Below the pieces are notes generated by a model that ran no database searches, was not told the origin of the DNA, and saw only the letters and a program-made list of their open reading frames with translations. From NCBI RefSeq assembly GCF_963921235.1, contig NC_086118.1:28956001-29020000 (forward strand): a stretch of 64,000 bases of DNA. The letters are read 5' to 3'. Positions 13,571-26,651 of the stretch are shown here, piece by piece (positions within the stretch are counted from its first letter, which is position 1; each line of letters starts with the position of its first letter). The translations under genes and the position numbers were made by a program. The DNA comes from Mobula hypostoma (taxonomy: Eukaryota).

Positions 13571-13899
13571 AGTTCAGGGACGCATGAATACTGATGTATA
13601 CAATGCATCAAAAGAATTAGAGGGAGGAGATGGAGAGTCAGTCAAGCAGGCTTGAATGATGACCAATATGACAGCTCATAAAAATCATACAATTTTGCAG
13701 CACTCAAGTCTGTTTGAAACATTATGCCTGCTCGAGTTCTATGAAAAGGGGATTCACGGTTCCCTTCTCTTCACCTATATGTATTTGTTTTCAAGTATTT
13801 TTTACAGCTGCTTTTTCAATGTTTTTAGAATGGCGAACCATGCACTCCCTCATTACTTACTTTCTTATCAATGGAAATTGTTTTCCTCTGTTTATCGTA

Positions 13900-14110
13900 C
13901 CAAAGCTCGTTGTTGATCCCTTCTGCCACATTGCATCCTAATCTCCTTTGGCCATATCTCGAGAATCCCACATTCCCTTATCTCTTCTCATAAGTATAGC
14001 AATAACTTCTGACATCATCCTCGTGAACGTTTTCGGCACCCTCGTTATCTGTACTTCTGCTCTCCCTGCACTCGCATACATATAAAGGTTCCAGTTAAAC
14101 ATTGTAATAT
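13900..14110 (-). mobile_element. Very old CR1 fragment
   Basis: Minus-strand RVPKTFTRMM resembles CR1 RVQRRFTRML. Confidence 0.55.
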
Positions 14111-15301
14111 TTGCAACATACATTTAACTATTTCATTCACCACTAATTCCTCTTCAATGTAGTTATGTGAATCTGTGCAAACAGGAATCAAACACAATTT
14201 TAATAGATGAGTGGTTGTAATCTAATATTGGTGTTAAGATGACATAACCATTCCACTTAAGCCACACTCCAACAGTTTATTCCAACACTTCAAACTGCTC
14301 ATTGAGATTTTGACAGAATTGCAAATGTAAGTTGAATTACCTTGTTGGATTTCATTTTCACTCAACTCAATGGACAAGGGTTTGCTTTAAAGACCAAATC
14401 ACCCCATGCCAAGCCCCTTGAACTGTGCACATCTGTTTGTTGAGATAACAAAATTGTAATAGTTATTTTAAATTTGTCTGTTTATTCTATGAGTAGAATC
14501 ACTTTGTTACCTATTTACCTGTTTTGCTGTCACTTCTCCCATACTGTAAATGTTTGAAAAGTAGCATTCATTTTTAAAGTACTTAACTGTCTATTATTAC
14601 TTAAAATATCATTCCAGGTATCAGTATATGCCTCAGGAGCATAATCATTTAACATAGAGCTATACCGAACCATGTGTGCACGCAACCTGCATCTAAAATC
14701 TGAGAAATGGCAATTATTTTTCATAGGCAATTGCAAACAGAGCACAATACAAGACAGCATGAAAGTGTGAATTCAGTTTGAATATTTGACATGGGAAATT
14801 TGGAAACTGAAGACTTAAGTACATACCATGCTGGCAGAAATAAAGTTTACTGAGAACCATGTGGTACACAAATGTTACCCAAGGATTACAAGCAAAGCAA
14901 AAAGACAAACCGATCGATCATCATAGCTATAAATGACCAATTGGGAATTCTGTAATCGGGACGGAAGTGACAGGTACAGTATCCTGGAAAACTTGGACAA
15001 AAGCCAACGTAATAGCGTGTACACGGTGTGCATGAAAACGTATCTAACAAATATGTTTTATAGAGGCTATAAATGTAAACATATATTCACACAAACACAA
15101 ACATTTAATAGAGGGTTTTCTTTAGGCATTTGGCTTCATTTAAAATAATACTTTTAAAATAAGAAGTTTGAATTTTGCTGTATTTACAAAAAATCCAAAA
15201 TATCTGTTCCAACCAAATGACTTTATCCTTTCTGTTCCATTGTACTGTGAAACAGTTTTGCTGAAAACGCCAGAAAGAAAGGAATCTTACTCTTTTCCTT
15301 T

Positions 15302-15315
15302 GTAGCCATGGCAAC
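15302..15315. promoter_or_regulatory. RFX X-box-like palindrome GTAGCCATGGCAAC
   Basis: 13/14 match to GTTGCCATGGCAAC, in repeat-free sequence. Confidence 0.5.
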
Positions 15316-16391
15316 TCGGTGTCTGTGCCCTGACTGTTAAGAATTACATGCACTATAAAATGCATATGTGTTTGGCAGTAATGAAATACTGTGCGGTGCG
15401 TTTTAAATATATGCAATATTCTGCCTACAAAATTAACATGCATTTTTCATCAAACTCCCCTCTATCTGACATAGCAAGAGGAATTGCAGGCTCAGTTACA
15501 ATACAAAGCCCAAAGATCATATTTCACATACGGTCCAATATAAGCTGTGTATTCAAATAGCTTTGTATAAAATATCTGTACTCTTTTTATGTATTTAATT
15601 AATGTGATTAGGTTATAGACCTTGTCGGCCAATGTCAGCAATTAAATAAGCATAGGGACCAGTAATAGTTGACAGACTTTTCATCCTTCACTCCTTGCAA
15701 AATTTTTCAAAAAAACTTGATTGCACTGAGGTGTGAATGATAGTAGTGTTATGCAGTGTTAATGACAATAGCTGTGCATAGTTCTCTGCGTGAATTCAAT
15801 AGCAGACTGTTGCTAATTTAATTACTTAAATTATTATAATCATGATGCGTGGCTAGAAGTGATTATATCTTTCAAAAGAGTACAATGCAAACAAGCAATG
15901 TGATTTTAATTTAGGCAGGTAAATTTTGATTTGTGCTTCATTCATTGTCTTCACACTAATGTTACTTATTGACCCTCTTTAGTCTTCGAATTTAAATTAT
16001 TGGTTACGGACATACCTCTGCTTATACATTTTCAAAAAGAACAAACTGGTTTGATTTGGAGCTTTTTATCTATTATGATATATTCAGTTACTGACTGAAA
16101 AGTGTCAACCATATTTTGCATTGTGAAGGCTTCAGGTAACAGATGGTATTTCTTATTCATGGATATCAGATACAAAGTGACACTCAGCTGCTAAAATGAA
16201 AAATAATAGATGGCAAAAATGAGGCTAGATATGTACTGAAGCAAAATGTGAAACAGGGTGTTTTTTACAAAAAGACTAAAACTTATAATAAATCATTCAA
16301 AACATAAGCATGGTATATTTTTCACTTTATATAGTGCTGTAGTCATCTGTTTCAAGATGAGTCTGTAATTGAAAGGATGATCTAAAGAAGT

Positions 16392-16597
16392 AACAGACAC
16401 AAAATGCTGGTGGAATGCAGCAGGTCAGGCAGCATCTATAGGAAAAAATACAGTCAACGTTTCGGGTCGAGACCGTTCATTAGGACTTCGACCCAAAACG
16501 TTGACTGTACTTCAGGCTGCCTGGCCTGCTGCGTTCCACCAGCATTTTGAGTGTGTTGCTTGAATTTCCAGCATCTGCAGATTTTCTCGTGTTTGCG
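16392..16597. mobile_element. Fold-back Penelope pLTR-derived element with degenerate hammerhead (minus strand, 16451-16487)
   Basis: 14-bp TSD tgatctaaagaagt at 16378-16391 and 16598-16611; long inverted arms. The minus strand reads agtc-CTAATGA-acggtctcgaccc-GAAACGTT-gactg. Confidence 0.9.
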
Positions 16598-16861
16598 TGA
16601 TCTAAAGAAGTTTCCTGTTTAGTTGTCTAACCAGCAGCTTCCCCCAACTCTGTTCTACTCATCCAACAAGCTTTGCCTCGCAAGCTTTTAGAGATTTTCA
16701 GCTTTTAATTAGCAGTCAGCAGGGGAAAATTTTTCCATCACCACTTGCCCAGTAAAGTGGCAGAGAAATTGAATCTGCCTTATTATCCACAGTGGAAAGG
16801 AAAACCAGGCAAATTCTGTAAAGGGCAAGATGAAAGTTGCCCCATTTTATGGTTTATACCA

Positions 16862-17345
16862 AAATACATAGGAGCATAATTAGGCCACTTGGCCCATCAA
16901 GTCTGCTTTGCCATTTGATTATGGCTGATTTATTTTCCTTCTCAACCCCATTATTCTCCCTGTAACCTTTGACACCATTACTAACCAAGAACCTATCAAC
17001 TTCCACTTTAAATATACCCAACTACTTGGTCTCCACAGCCAACTGGGGAAATGTATTTCACAGATAGCTAAAGAAATTCCTCCTCATCTCTGTTCTAAAT
17101 GAATGTGAAAACATTGTCTCTATGTGCACTCCATCTAGGCCTTTCAATATTTTCGTAGGTTTCAATGAGATTTCTCTCTCCCTCCCCCACCCCTCATTTT
17201 TTCCAAACTCCTGCGAGTACAGGCCCAGAACCATAAAATACTCCTCATACATTGACTCTGGATATCATTTTTGTAAAGCTCCTCTGGACCTTCTCCAATG
17301 CCAGCACATCCCTTTTTCGATATGGGGCCCAAAACTGTTCACAAT
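16862..17345 (-). mobile_element. CR1 3' fragment (internally deleted)
   Basis: YCEQFWAPYRKRDVLALEKVQRSFTKMI; acataggagca..taggcc tail. Confidence 0.85.
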
Positions 17346-17989
17346 AGGGTGCAAGACCATAAACAAGCCTTACATTTGTGTGTATTGTGTCTTTATGAGA
17401 CGCAGTCTTAAGGTACATTTCTATTGCTGGCTTTTGTCTGAAATTAATACTAAAGCGTGGTGACATCAAGACCTGATCTCAAAAGTTCAGGAAAAGCAAA
17501 AATGTACTAGAAACCTAGTTTGGTAGCAGTAGACATTATTGAAGGCAAATCTAAAGCAAGCTGATATGCATTAATATTAGATCCATGAGAAAGAAGGTGA
17601 TTGAACCTGTTGTGGATGGAACGGATGGGAGGCAAAGGAATTTTTTTTTAAACGTTTAACTCCTAAGGACTAATAACTTCAGGTGCAAACAGCATTTACG
17701 ACCAAAGGACAGGCATAGGCCTTTCAGCCACCTAAACTTGTTGAATTCTACAATTAAATTATGATTGAAATATTCGCATTTGTATTGACCTGAAACCATT
17801 CCAGATTCTTGAAGATCCTCACCTAAAAATAACTATCAGTCCATGCCTAGAAAATGGAAATTGGATCAGTATCTGCTTGTTTTATTAGGCAAATGTTTCA
17901 GATTTCCAGGATCATTTGTGCTGGATTCCTCCTTTCAGCATTATCTGTAATATTAGTATTAGTCTCCCTCTAAAAAGTTAGAAGTATGA

Positions 17990-18562
17990 AAGTAAGAGCA
18001 GAAGCAAACTGTTAGACCCCTCAGGTCTGCTCCACACATCAACGAGACCATAGCTGTTCATTTACTTCAATAGCTTCTTCTACTTTTCTTCCCATGTCTC
18101 TTGAGAACTTTAGCATTAAGAAATAAAATCAACTTCTGGGATGTATTGAATGACTTGGTTTCAATTGCTGATTTTGGTAGAATGTAAGGATGGGTCGTAT
18201 GAGATCTGCACCCTTCAGAGGATGATTTCTTCATCCTCTTGGTCACATGATTTCTTCTGGCCTCAGTTCCAAATGGCCCACCATGTGTTGAGAGGCTGTG
18301 ACCCTAGTTCTGGAATCTCCAAACTTTGCCAACAGACTCCCTACATTAAGCAATCTGTTCTTTTATCAGTTTCTGCATGAACCCCTCCCATTTTTCATAT
18401 TTCAGTGGATATGCTGAAATAAACCAATCTCTCCTCTCATCATATATCAGTCTTTACCTATGAGGAATTAGTCTGTTAAACTTCATGGCATGAACATCCT
18501 CCGTCACATAAGCAGACCAAACCTGCGCACCTGACTCCAGATGGATCTCACCAAAGTCCAAT
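17990..18562 (-). mobile_element. Old CR1 3' fragment
   Basis: taagagcagaagc tail; gaccctagttctgga; gaccaaacctgcgcac..ctccagatggatctcacc. Confidence 0.65.
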
Positions 18563-18564
18563 AC

Positions 18565-18915
18565 TTGTTGCTGCCATGAGGAGCAAGGTGCAGAAGCTTC
18601 AGGACTCATACCACCAGGCTCAGGAAGTTATTACCCCTCAACAATCAGGCTCTTGAACCAGAGGGGATAACTTCACTCAACTTCACTTGCCCCATCACTG
18701 AACTGCTTCCACAACCTATGAACTCACTTTCAAGGTCCCATCATCTTATTGCTCGCTTACTTATTTTTCTTTTTCGTATTTGCAGTTTATTGACTTTTGC
18801 ACATTGGTTGTCCACCTGTTGATGCGGTCTTTCATTGATTCTATAAAGATTATTGGATTTATTCATTATGCCCGCTTGTACATTCATAATAAGTTTACTT
18901 TGAAATTTGAACATA
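18565..18915 (+). mobile_element. Rex1/Babar 3' end
   Basis: caccaccaggctcagga..ttattacccctcaacaatcaggctcttgaac; tail aataagtttactttgaaatttgaac. Confidence 0.8.
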
Positions 18916-19686
18916 CTCACTTCTGTTCTCAAATACACATGCAGTGCCATTTACATTACTAGTTTGAAGAATTTGAAGGGCTATTCTCTCAAAGAGCCAT
19001 TTATTTGAACCAGTCCTATCAAATCATCTACTCAGGGGAGTACAAATCAAGTACAATCATAACCTAACTCCGTAAGTCTGGACCTCTTTGAGGAACTCAG
19101 TGGTGGTTTGACCACAGCATTACTCCAAAGCAGCAAAATGTTTCTGATCAAGTCATTTTTTTTTATTATCTTAATTGTGATGTGAAATCGGCATTCTCTG
19201 GGCAAGAAAAAGGAATGACTTAGGAATGTGTCAAGGACAGCCAAAAGGTAAGTCAATCCAATAGGATGCAGAAAGCTACAAAATAAGTTATGGGTTAGAC
19301 ATCTGAAAAACAAAAGGCCAATTTGTTTGCTATAGAGATAGAAAATGAATCTGCGTTGCATCTAAATTTCACATCATTCCGAGGAACTTAGAGCAGATGA
19401 AATAAATTTGAATTGCGCTGCCCACAGCATAATTCCATTCCAGCAAGATGTTTATGACCAGATCATCTTTTTTTTCAAATGATGTTAATTGTCAGAACTG
19501 GGAGAGCCCCTCTTCCTTGAAGAATGCAATTCGATTTATGAAGGGATATGAATATGTTAATATTACCTTCAAGGGAAAATTGGTATATCCATATTGTTGA
19601 GAGCCTTTATTGATAGAGATAGTATACAAATGTTTCTTAAGGGATGCATTAAAGGAATCTTAACTGGACTTGTCATTAACTTAGAA

Positions 19687-19765
19687 CAGGCGTTCTATCC
19701 AGGCGTCCATGGGCCCTGTGTTTAATGGTATTAGTCCATGACATGAAAATGGTTGGGAACCCCTG
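19687..19765. mobile_element. 79-bp hAT (Charlie-like) MITE
   Basis: TIRs caggcgttct.. / ..ggttgggaacccctg; 8-bp TSD acttagaa (19679-19686) / acctagaa (19766-19773). Confidence 0.8.
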
Positions 19766-20604
19766 ACCTAGAATGACAACATGATATATTAACATAGAGA
19801 TTCAGCCATAGCCAATAGCGCTACACATGTTTTACAGTGGCGTCAGCATGTTGTGCCCTACCTCCTAAATGAATTCTATTAAAGTCAATGGAATTGAATT
19901 TTGCCACTGAGTGGATTATCTTGTTAATACTCTATAGTGTCTTTAGTGGCACTGATGGGGGGAGGGGTGTTAATTTCTTGGGGAAGGAGGTCTTATTACC
20001 CTTGGTATAAATGATTGTAAAATAAATGAAAAGGCAGACAGAGATTTACCTGGAAGTGAAAACACAGAACTAGGCTATTTGATATCAAGCTTCTTCCCTT
20101 AACCCCTTTACAACACGATGTAAACATTCATGTGCTCCATCCTGACAAACACAAATCTCACATAATCACAACTGTTGAAATAATTTCTGCTTTACTGATC
20201 ACCAGTAGTATATTTCCCAGCCCCACAATCATCTTTACAAAGAAAAGTCTGACTATCATCCTGAATTAGTATGGAAGTCCCGGAAGTAGACATAAGCTGA
20301 AGCCATGTTCATTGCTTTGTCGTTAAAGGAAGTGAACTGATTCTCATAAAATACTTATATCAATTTTACTACTGTTTAAATACTTCCTGAATATCAGAAG
20401 ATTTTGACAGTGGTCGAATTTCTACCCCAACATTTGTCAGGGTATTCCACAGGTGGGACCTCAGCAGTCATGTTTTCCCACTGCCAGGCCTTATTGTTCA
20501 TCCCCGGAGTATAGAGACTGAGAAATATTTTCTCTGAACATTCAGCCTGCGTGACTGTGGGGCAAACATGTACTGTGAGGAGGGCGCCAGCCTTTGAAAA
20601 GTCC

Positions 20605-20905
20605 AAAGGAAAACCAGAAAATGCTGGAAGTACTCAGCAGGTCACACAACATCTATGGAGAGTGAAGTAGAGTTAATATTTGGTACCAATAAATGACACA
20701 AATGGTGTTGGGTTCAGCTGCAAAAGGGTGGCTCCATTGAGCAGTATGGAGGAGATATAAATAGCAAGATAAAAATGGTTGGACTGCAAAATATAAATTC
20801 CTGCAGATGCTGGAAATCTGAAATAAAATATAAATGCTGAAAATACCCAATCAGCAAGTACGGAGACAGAAACACAGACTCATTATTATCTGTTCATCAG
20901 AACTG
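20605..20905 (-). mobile_element. Two adjacent old Penelope pLTR-derived fragments
   Basis: aaatgctggaagtactcagcaggtca and ctgcagatgctggaaatctgaaataaaa motifs. Confidence 0.65.
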
Positions 20906-21589
20906 CCTGCTACTGATACAGATTGGAAGGTCCATTATGGTCTGACTTAGTGAAATGACAGTCAGAGCTATAAAGAAATATTAGCAAAAGGGACTAGGAG
21001 CTGGGACAAGGCATAAGAGGAAATAAATTTGTAACAGAAAAAAAGGATGGACAAAAAAGGAGTGAATTCATAACAAAAACAATAGAGATGGAAACTGAGT
21101 ATTAGCATAAAATAACAAGTCTTCAGAATGATTACTTCCACTAAGCATTCATAAGGGAAGAATGGAACAATATTGCTCTCCAGACAAGGGTATCCTAGGT
21201 AAAATCAATGCTTCATTATAAATTAGATGAATTTCCTAGACAGGTTAAACAGGCTCAAAACAAATAAATCTCCAGGGAAGTGTGGTATTTATTCAAGAGT
21301 GATGAAAGGGACTATGGAGAAAATCTGTAAGACAGTGAAAGTCATTAAAAGGGAATCAATGGCCACAGAGGAGGAGGATTGGAAGCTAGTTAATACAATG
21401 CTGATATTCAAAAAGACTGACAGAGCTGGCAATGTGAACCATAGGAATATTGGTTTCACTCCCATTCAATTTAAAACATGGGAAATTAATTATGTGCAAT
21501 AAAATCTGGTGGTCATCAGTCAGGAAAGGTATTATTTGATCACCTTCCTTAACTTTGGAAGTGAGAATATAAACTAGAAAGCACAGTTC

Positions 21590-21925
21590 TAAAAATGCAA
21601 CAAGAATTAAAAAATGGGGGTCAAAAAACAAAGTTCTAGAGAAACTCAACAGGTTGGGCAGCATCTGTGGAGGTGTGTTTTGAGTTGCGTCCTGCACTTG
21701 GGTTGAGAGTGTGGAGGGTAAATATCCAGTATTGCCAATAAGAGCTAGCACCACTTTATACTGCCGGTGTCATCTGTAAGCTCCCAGTCCTGATGCAGTG
21801 TCTGAAATTCAAGCATCGACTATGTCTTTGCCTACTTAGATGCTAATTGACCCACTGAGATCCTCTAGCAGCTTGTTTTTGTTTTCCCTCCGGAAATTCC
21901 GTCATCTGCTCTTCCTTGTGTACCT
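21590..21925. mobile_element. Old fold-back Penelope-derived element
   Basis: Left arm gaaactcaacaggttgggcagcatctgtggagg; right arm cagtcctgatgc..tcgact..gatgct..gacccactgag. Confidence 0.65.
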
Positions 21926-21991
21926 AGAGGCATACATTACAAGCACAGGGGAGCCATCATGAACCTTCTAGACACCAAACTTTAGGAAAGA

Positions 21992-22270
21992 TGCTGCATG
22001 GTAGCATAGTGGTCAGCACAACACTTTACAGTACAGGTGACCCGGGGCAAATTCCCACTCCTGCCTGTATGTTCTCCCCAGGATTGCATAGGTTTCCTCT
22101 GGGTGCTTTGGTATCCTCCCACAGTCCAAAGATGGAACAGTTCGTAGGTTAAGTGGTCATTGTAAATTATTTCAAGTTTAGGCTAGGATTAAATAGGGGG
22201 ATTGCTGGACAGCGTGGCTCAAAGGGCAGGAAGGGCCTACTCCATGCTATATCTAAATAAATAAATAAAT
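21992..22270 (+). mobile_element. V-SINE (HE1-like)
   Basis: ggtagcatagtggtcagc head; ggtttcctctgggtgct..cctcccacagtccaaaga; (AAAT)n tail. Confidence 0.85.
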
Positions 22271-22329
22271 GTAGAGGGTTTGACCTTGAGCTGACCCCAG
22301 TCCTATGCAGAAAAGATTCCAGGGCCAAT

Positions 22330-22750
22330 GATTTTGAAGTGATTGGAGAAGATGCAACTTTTTTCTTTGGAGCAAAGAGGGGTCTGAGGGGACCTGTTGG
22401 AGGTATGTAAAATCATGAAAGGCATCAATAATCATTGAAAAAGTATTCCCAGAGGAGGAGGGGTCAAGAACTGGGTAGGGTAGAAAGCAATGGGTAAGAG
22501 AACCTATACTAATATGAGGACATCCTTACTCTGTGCAGCAAGTGAAGTGGGTGTAGAATGCACTGCAGTGAAGCTGTGCAAATGGAATGAAATGTCATCT
22601 TCAAAAATGAACTGGATAGGCATATGAAAGCAAAAACATTTCAGGGCTGTGGGGTAAGTGTGGGGGAGTGGAAATGGCTGGATTGCTGTCAAATAGTCAG
22701 AATAGATGCAATACGGCAAGCAGCCTTCTTCCATGCTCTAGCCATTCAAT
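22330..22750 (+). mobile_element. Old CR1 3' fragment
   Basis: ctgaggggacctgttggaggtatgtaaaatcatgaaaggcat resembles CR1 LRGDLIEVYKIMKG. Confidence 0.7.
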
Positions 22751-24779
22751 AGTTTCACATGGCAAATCAAGTCATGTTCCCCCCATGATATGTGGTACAC
22801 CATTACCTGTTGTATCTTGACTTTGAAGGGTTTCACATGAAAGACATTTATTTTAATTCAGAACCAATGTCATTCAGGATAAAGCCTTGGAGAGAAACAA
22901 AGTTGGCTGAATAAGCTCAGTAGGTTTAATGTCAGAGAAACGTATACAATATACACCCTGAAATCCCACAAGCACTTATAGAAAAATGTCAGAATTGGGG
23001 ATAGCCGGTGGCTATGGGCCCATCAGTGGGATCTGGGTAAGCACTATAACAGATTTTAAAACTTATGGAGTTGTCAATTATCAGTGAAATCCAACCAATC
23101 AAGACAGTGGAATCTGGAGGTCAGTGTGAAATTGCACAAGTTATACACGGTGTATCAGTGGACAAACCAAAAGGAACTGCAATTTATTGTAGAAGATTGT
23201 TAAATACAGGAGAACTGACCACATAAACACTCTGTGAATGGAGCTACAATACTTGAGGAAGGAACTGAAATATATCTCACAGCGCATAGGTTCAAGTCCA
23301 TGATCCAGAACAGCAAACAATGAAACCAACACCATGTTGAAGTACAAAGCCAAAGCATGGTGGCGTATACTGATGACCAAGTGTTGAATATTGCATCAGA
23401 TATGATTGTCAGCAAATTAAAGATAATCAGGAGCTGAAGACAATTGAAAGAAGAACCGCAAGACTGGGTTCCGATGTTTCTGACAAGTGATCTGTAGAAA
23501 TGTTAACCAAAATATTACTTAAACTGAAAGTGAAGAAATGGGAAGCAGGCTCAGTCTAATAAGTAGTAATTTCAATGTAGTGGTCCAGATGTTTGTTTTT
23601 CTTATTCATTCAGATCAATTTGTAGAAAAAGCCTCTAGAAAATAAAGAGTGGAGGCAGAAACCTGGAGTCATTTAAGAAGCAATTGGATGTCACTATGAT
23701 AGGGAGTAGGCATTAGGATGGATGAACTAAGATAAGCTGGACTGCCTTCCTTATCCCTAATTAATCTTATGATTTGGTGCAGGAGCGTATTAAAGTTAAA
23801 TAGTTTGAAATGCCTACTTTAAACCACCAAGAAGTATTTTTAATCTTAGTGAATACAGGCATTTTCCACTTCTCACTCCTAACATTAAAACATTTTTGCT
23901 GCAGGCATGGGGACCTATATATACATCAAAACCCCCTGTCTCAAATGAGTAATACAACTCCAATGTGACTGATGTCTGGACTTAGATTTGCAGCTGTAAT
24001 ACATATTTAGGTCTACCTAACTGTATGTACTCCTGCTCTGTGTATGTTCTTCAGCTCTCACTTATTTTGTGTGTTTGTCTTAGTCCATCTGTTGTAGGTC
24101 CCTATGTGTGCGTCTTTCTTTCAGTTTGCATGACTACCATCACATCTGTGCAGATCACATTTTCTGCCCTGTGTTTCCTTGACGGCATCAAGATGTGCAT
24201 GGGTCTGAATAATACAGACTTCTGTCTTCACTGTAGCTCACTGGAAAAAAAGGCAGAAATAATGTCTGGACAATTCTTGCATTGTTGAAGATATTTATTC
24301 AGGTACACAGAAATCATTGTGTAACAATAAAAATTTTAACCATTTTAGGAAATGAATTCCTTCTTTAGAGAGAGAAACAAGAGTCTGAATATATTTGCAG
24401 TGTTCAGGATGTGAGAAAGAAAAATTTCCATTGGATGATCTGTAAGAATGTAATGCTTATGCATGTAATTTATGCAGAGGTATGTGTTATTTTGACTTCC
24501 CTTCCTGCAGAGGATACCGTCAAAATTATTTTTTTAATTAACAGCTTGTAGAATAAAACTTCCCTAATCCAAGCAGCCCTATTCACCTTATATCTGTTAA
24601 AGCGATAGCACCACAATGCAGTTTTCACTGTACTGCATGTTGCCTTGGAAATGGGATCAGGGCATTGCTGAACAGAAGTATAAAACTGCAGCCAGTTCAG
24701 CCAGTCTGTAATTGAATTCATGGGCTTGATGGAACAATATACTACTGGCTGAAATTGATTGAAAGAATAATAAGATTTA

Positions 24780-25640
24780 AATATTTTTAATTGTCGGAGT
24801 ATCGTTAATCGAATTGTAATATTAGCAATTTTGCACCAAGCACTATTAATTAAAGCATGGTGATCCTTTACATAAAGTAATTACTTTGCACTATGTGCCT
24901 TCATAACAAATGAAGTGATGTCGGTCATTAAGCAAATTACTTAGTTAACAGCAGCAGTGTTTAGTCAATTGTTCACCGTAATAGAACAAAGCACAACTGA
25001 ATTGATCCTGACCTGTATTGTGTGCTATCAGATAGCCATGAATTTGATCTGTGACTGATTTTGTTTTGAAATAAAATTTGCATTAAGTGCTTGTTTTGAT
25101 TTTCCTGAACTGAGGAGAGTAATCCATTATATTAGCCTCCCTTCCTCAGAGACTGTGCTGAAGCTCTGTGGAAAATTTCAAGGGGGTGGCTGCTTGCATG
25201 GTTAGCCTTTTAGGGCTGTTTCTGAACAGTAGGATCTGAGTTGATTAGCATGCCATTCTGCATTGGTTGCCATGACAACAGGTATCAAATGGATTTGAAA
25301 ACAGCAGCACTTTTGGGACACTAGACATTCCAAGCAGGTCTGGAGTTGGTTGACAAAAAAAAAGGTATTTTTGCATAAGGATTAATTGTATGCGCTCCTT
25401 TAATCCACGTGAAAAGCAGATGAGCGCGTTTTTCTGTCATTCAGATGAGTAATCACGTGAGAGTTAAGCTGTTAGTCTTTGTAATTGCAAGAAGGGTCAG
25501 TGACATTTCTCCCAAAGGCACATGGAGAAGAAAGACAGTGCTGAGCGAGCAACGTCTTTATCACATGAGGGATGGCTAAGATGAATGAAAACCATTCCGT
25601 AAGGCTAATTGCTCTGTTGACTCTCACTTGAGTATATGAA
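24780..25640. promoter_or_regulatory. Candidate enhancer / conserved non-coding block
   Basis: Repeat-free and rich in TAAT/ATTA. X-box GTTGCCATGACAAC at 25266-25279, CACGTG at 25406-25411, TCACGTGA at 25453-25460, CAGATG at 25417 and 25442. Confidence 0.45.
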
Positions 25641-26651
25641 GACATAATTAAGAGTAGCCCAGAACACAGAAATGGAGAATATAAAATGCATTCCCAGGAA
25701 GTTTGCTGGCTGTGAATAACATTTTAATTTTGTAAGTATTAGATTTGTAATATCTAAACATTGTTATTACAGGTTGCATCATTTAAAGGGAAAAACCAAC
25801 CAGACTCTCTGTTGCATAAATACTTATTAACACCAGTCATGTTATCTAATAGTTAGCTAGAGGCCCATGGCGATCAAATACTTCCCTCGGGCTCCCTTAA
25901 GGTTCTGCAACAATAGAGGAGATGGTAGAACCTGTAATGCAAACAGCTGTTATCAAAACAGAATCTCAATAACTCAAATGTCTGACAAGCATGGGTGAAT
26001 TATATATGTATTCCTCCTGAACGAGAGTGGGCTTTATAATTTCCTTTGTCATGAGGGAGATTATATTTACATGATGCAGGTATACTATACATTTTCTATT
26101 TCCAGAACACAAATCAAAGGTGCTTCATTTTCTCATTTTCTCAAAATCTCCCTTGCCTGATCTTCGATTGTAATGTTTCCATTCCAAATTAAATTCCCAC
26201 ATAAGAATCATTTGATGGTAAAAGTAATAAAATGAACTTAAAAATAAAATCAGTGGCCTTGAGACAATGAGATGACGGAAAAATACACAGCTGGCTGTAC
26301 ATTTTATAAAGAACAAAAAGACAATTATCAATAACACATTTTTTAAATTTCGTATCCACACTGCAGAGGTAAGTAAGTTGGCACTGGACATTTGTGAAGT
26401 AGTCAGCAGAGATTTACCAGAGACCCAATCACAGAGATAAGCCTGAGAAGCTTATTAAAGCTAGTGGGAAGGTAGGGGAGTAGGGATTGGTTAACTTGGA
26501 AATGGATCGAGTTAATAAATCCAATATGCATTACTGTATGCAACTACCAGAGGTAGAGTGGTGGAATGTGTTATTCAATAGACCCCACACAGAGCAGCAG
26601 AGTCTTTTGTGATTGGATATGGTGAGGTTATGGAGTCATTTGTATCTGAGG

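Larger units (their letters stand above)
21190..23770 (+). mobile_element. Ancient CR1 ORF2 remnant split by younger inserts
   Basis: 21227-21502 reads LKTNKSPG..GIYSRVMK..EDWKLVN..IFKK (CR1 KSPGPDG..EDWK.ANV..FKK). Degenerate RT and 3' end motifs resume at about 22980-23770. Confidence 0.7.

Noticed and set aside
26360..26376. Strong donor-like gag|gtaagt
   Set aside because: No plausible upstream exon with an acceptor and open frame.
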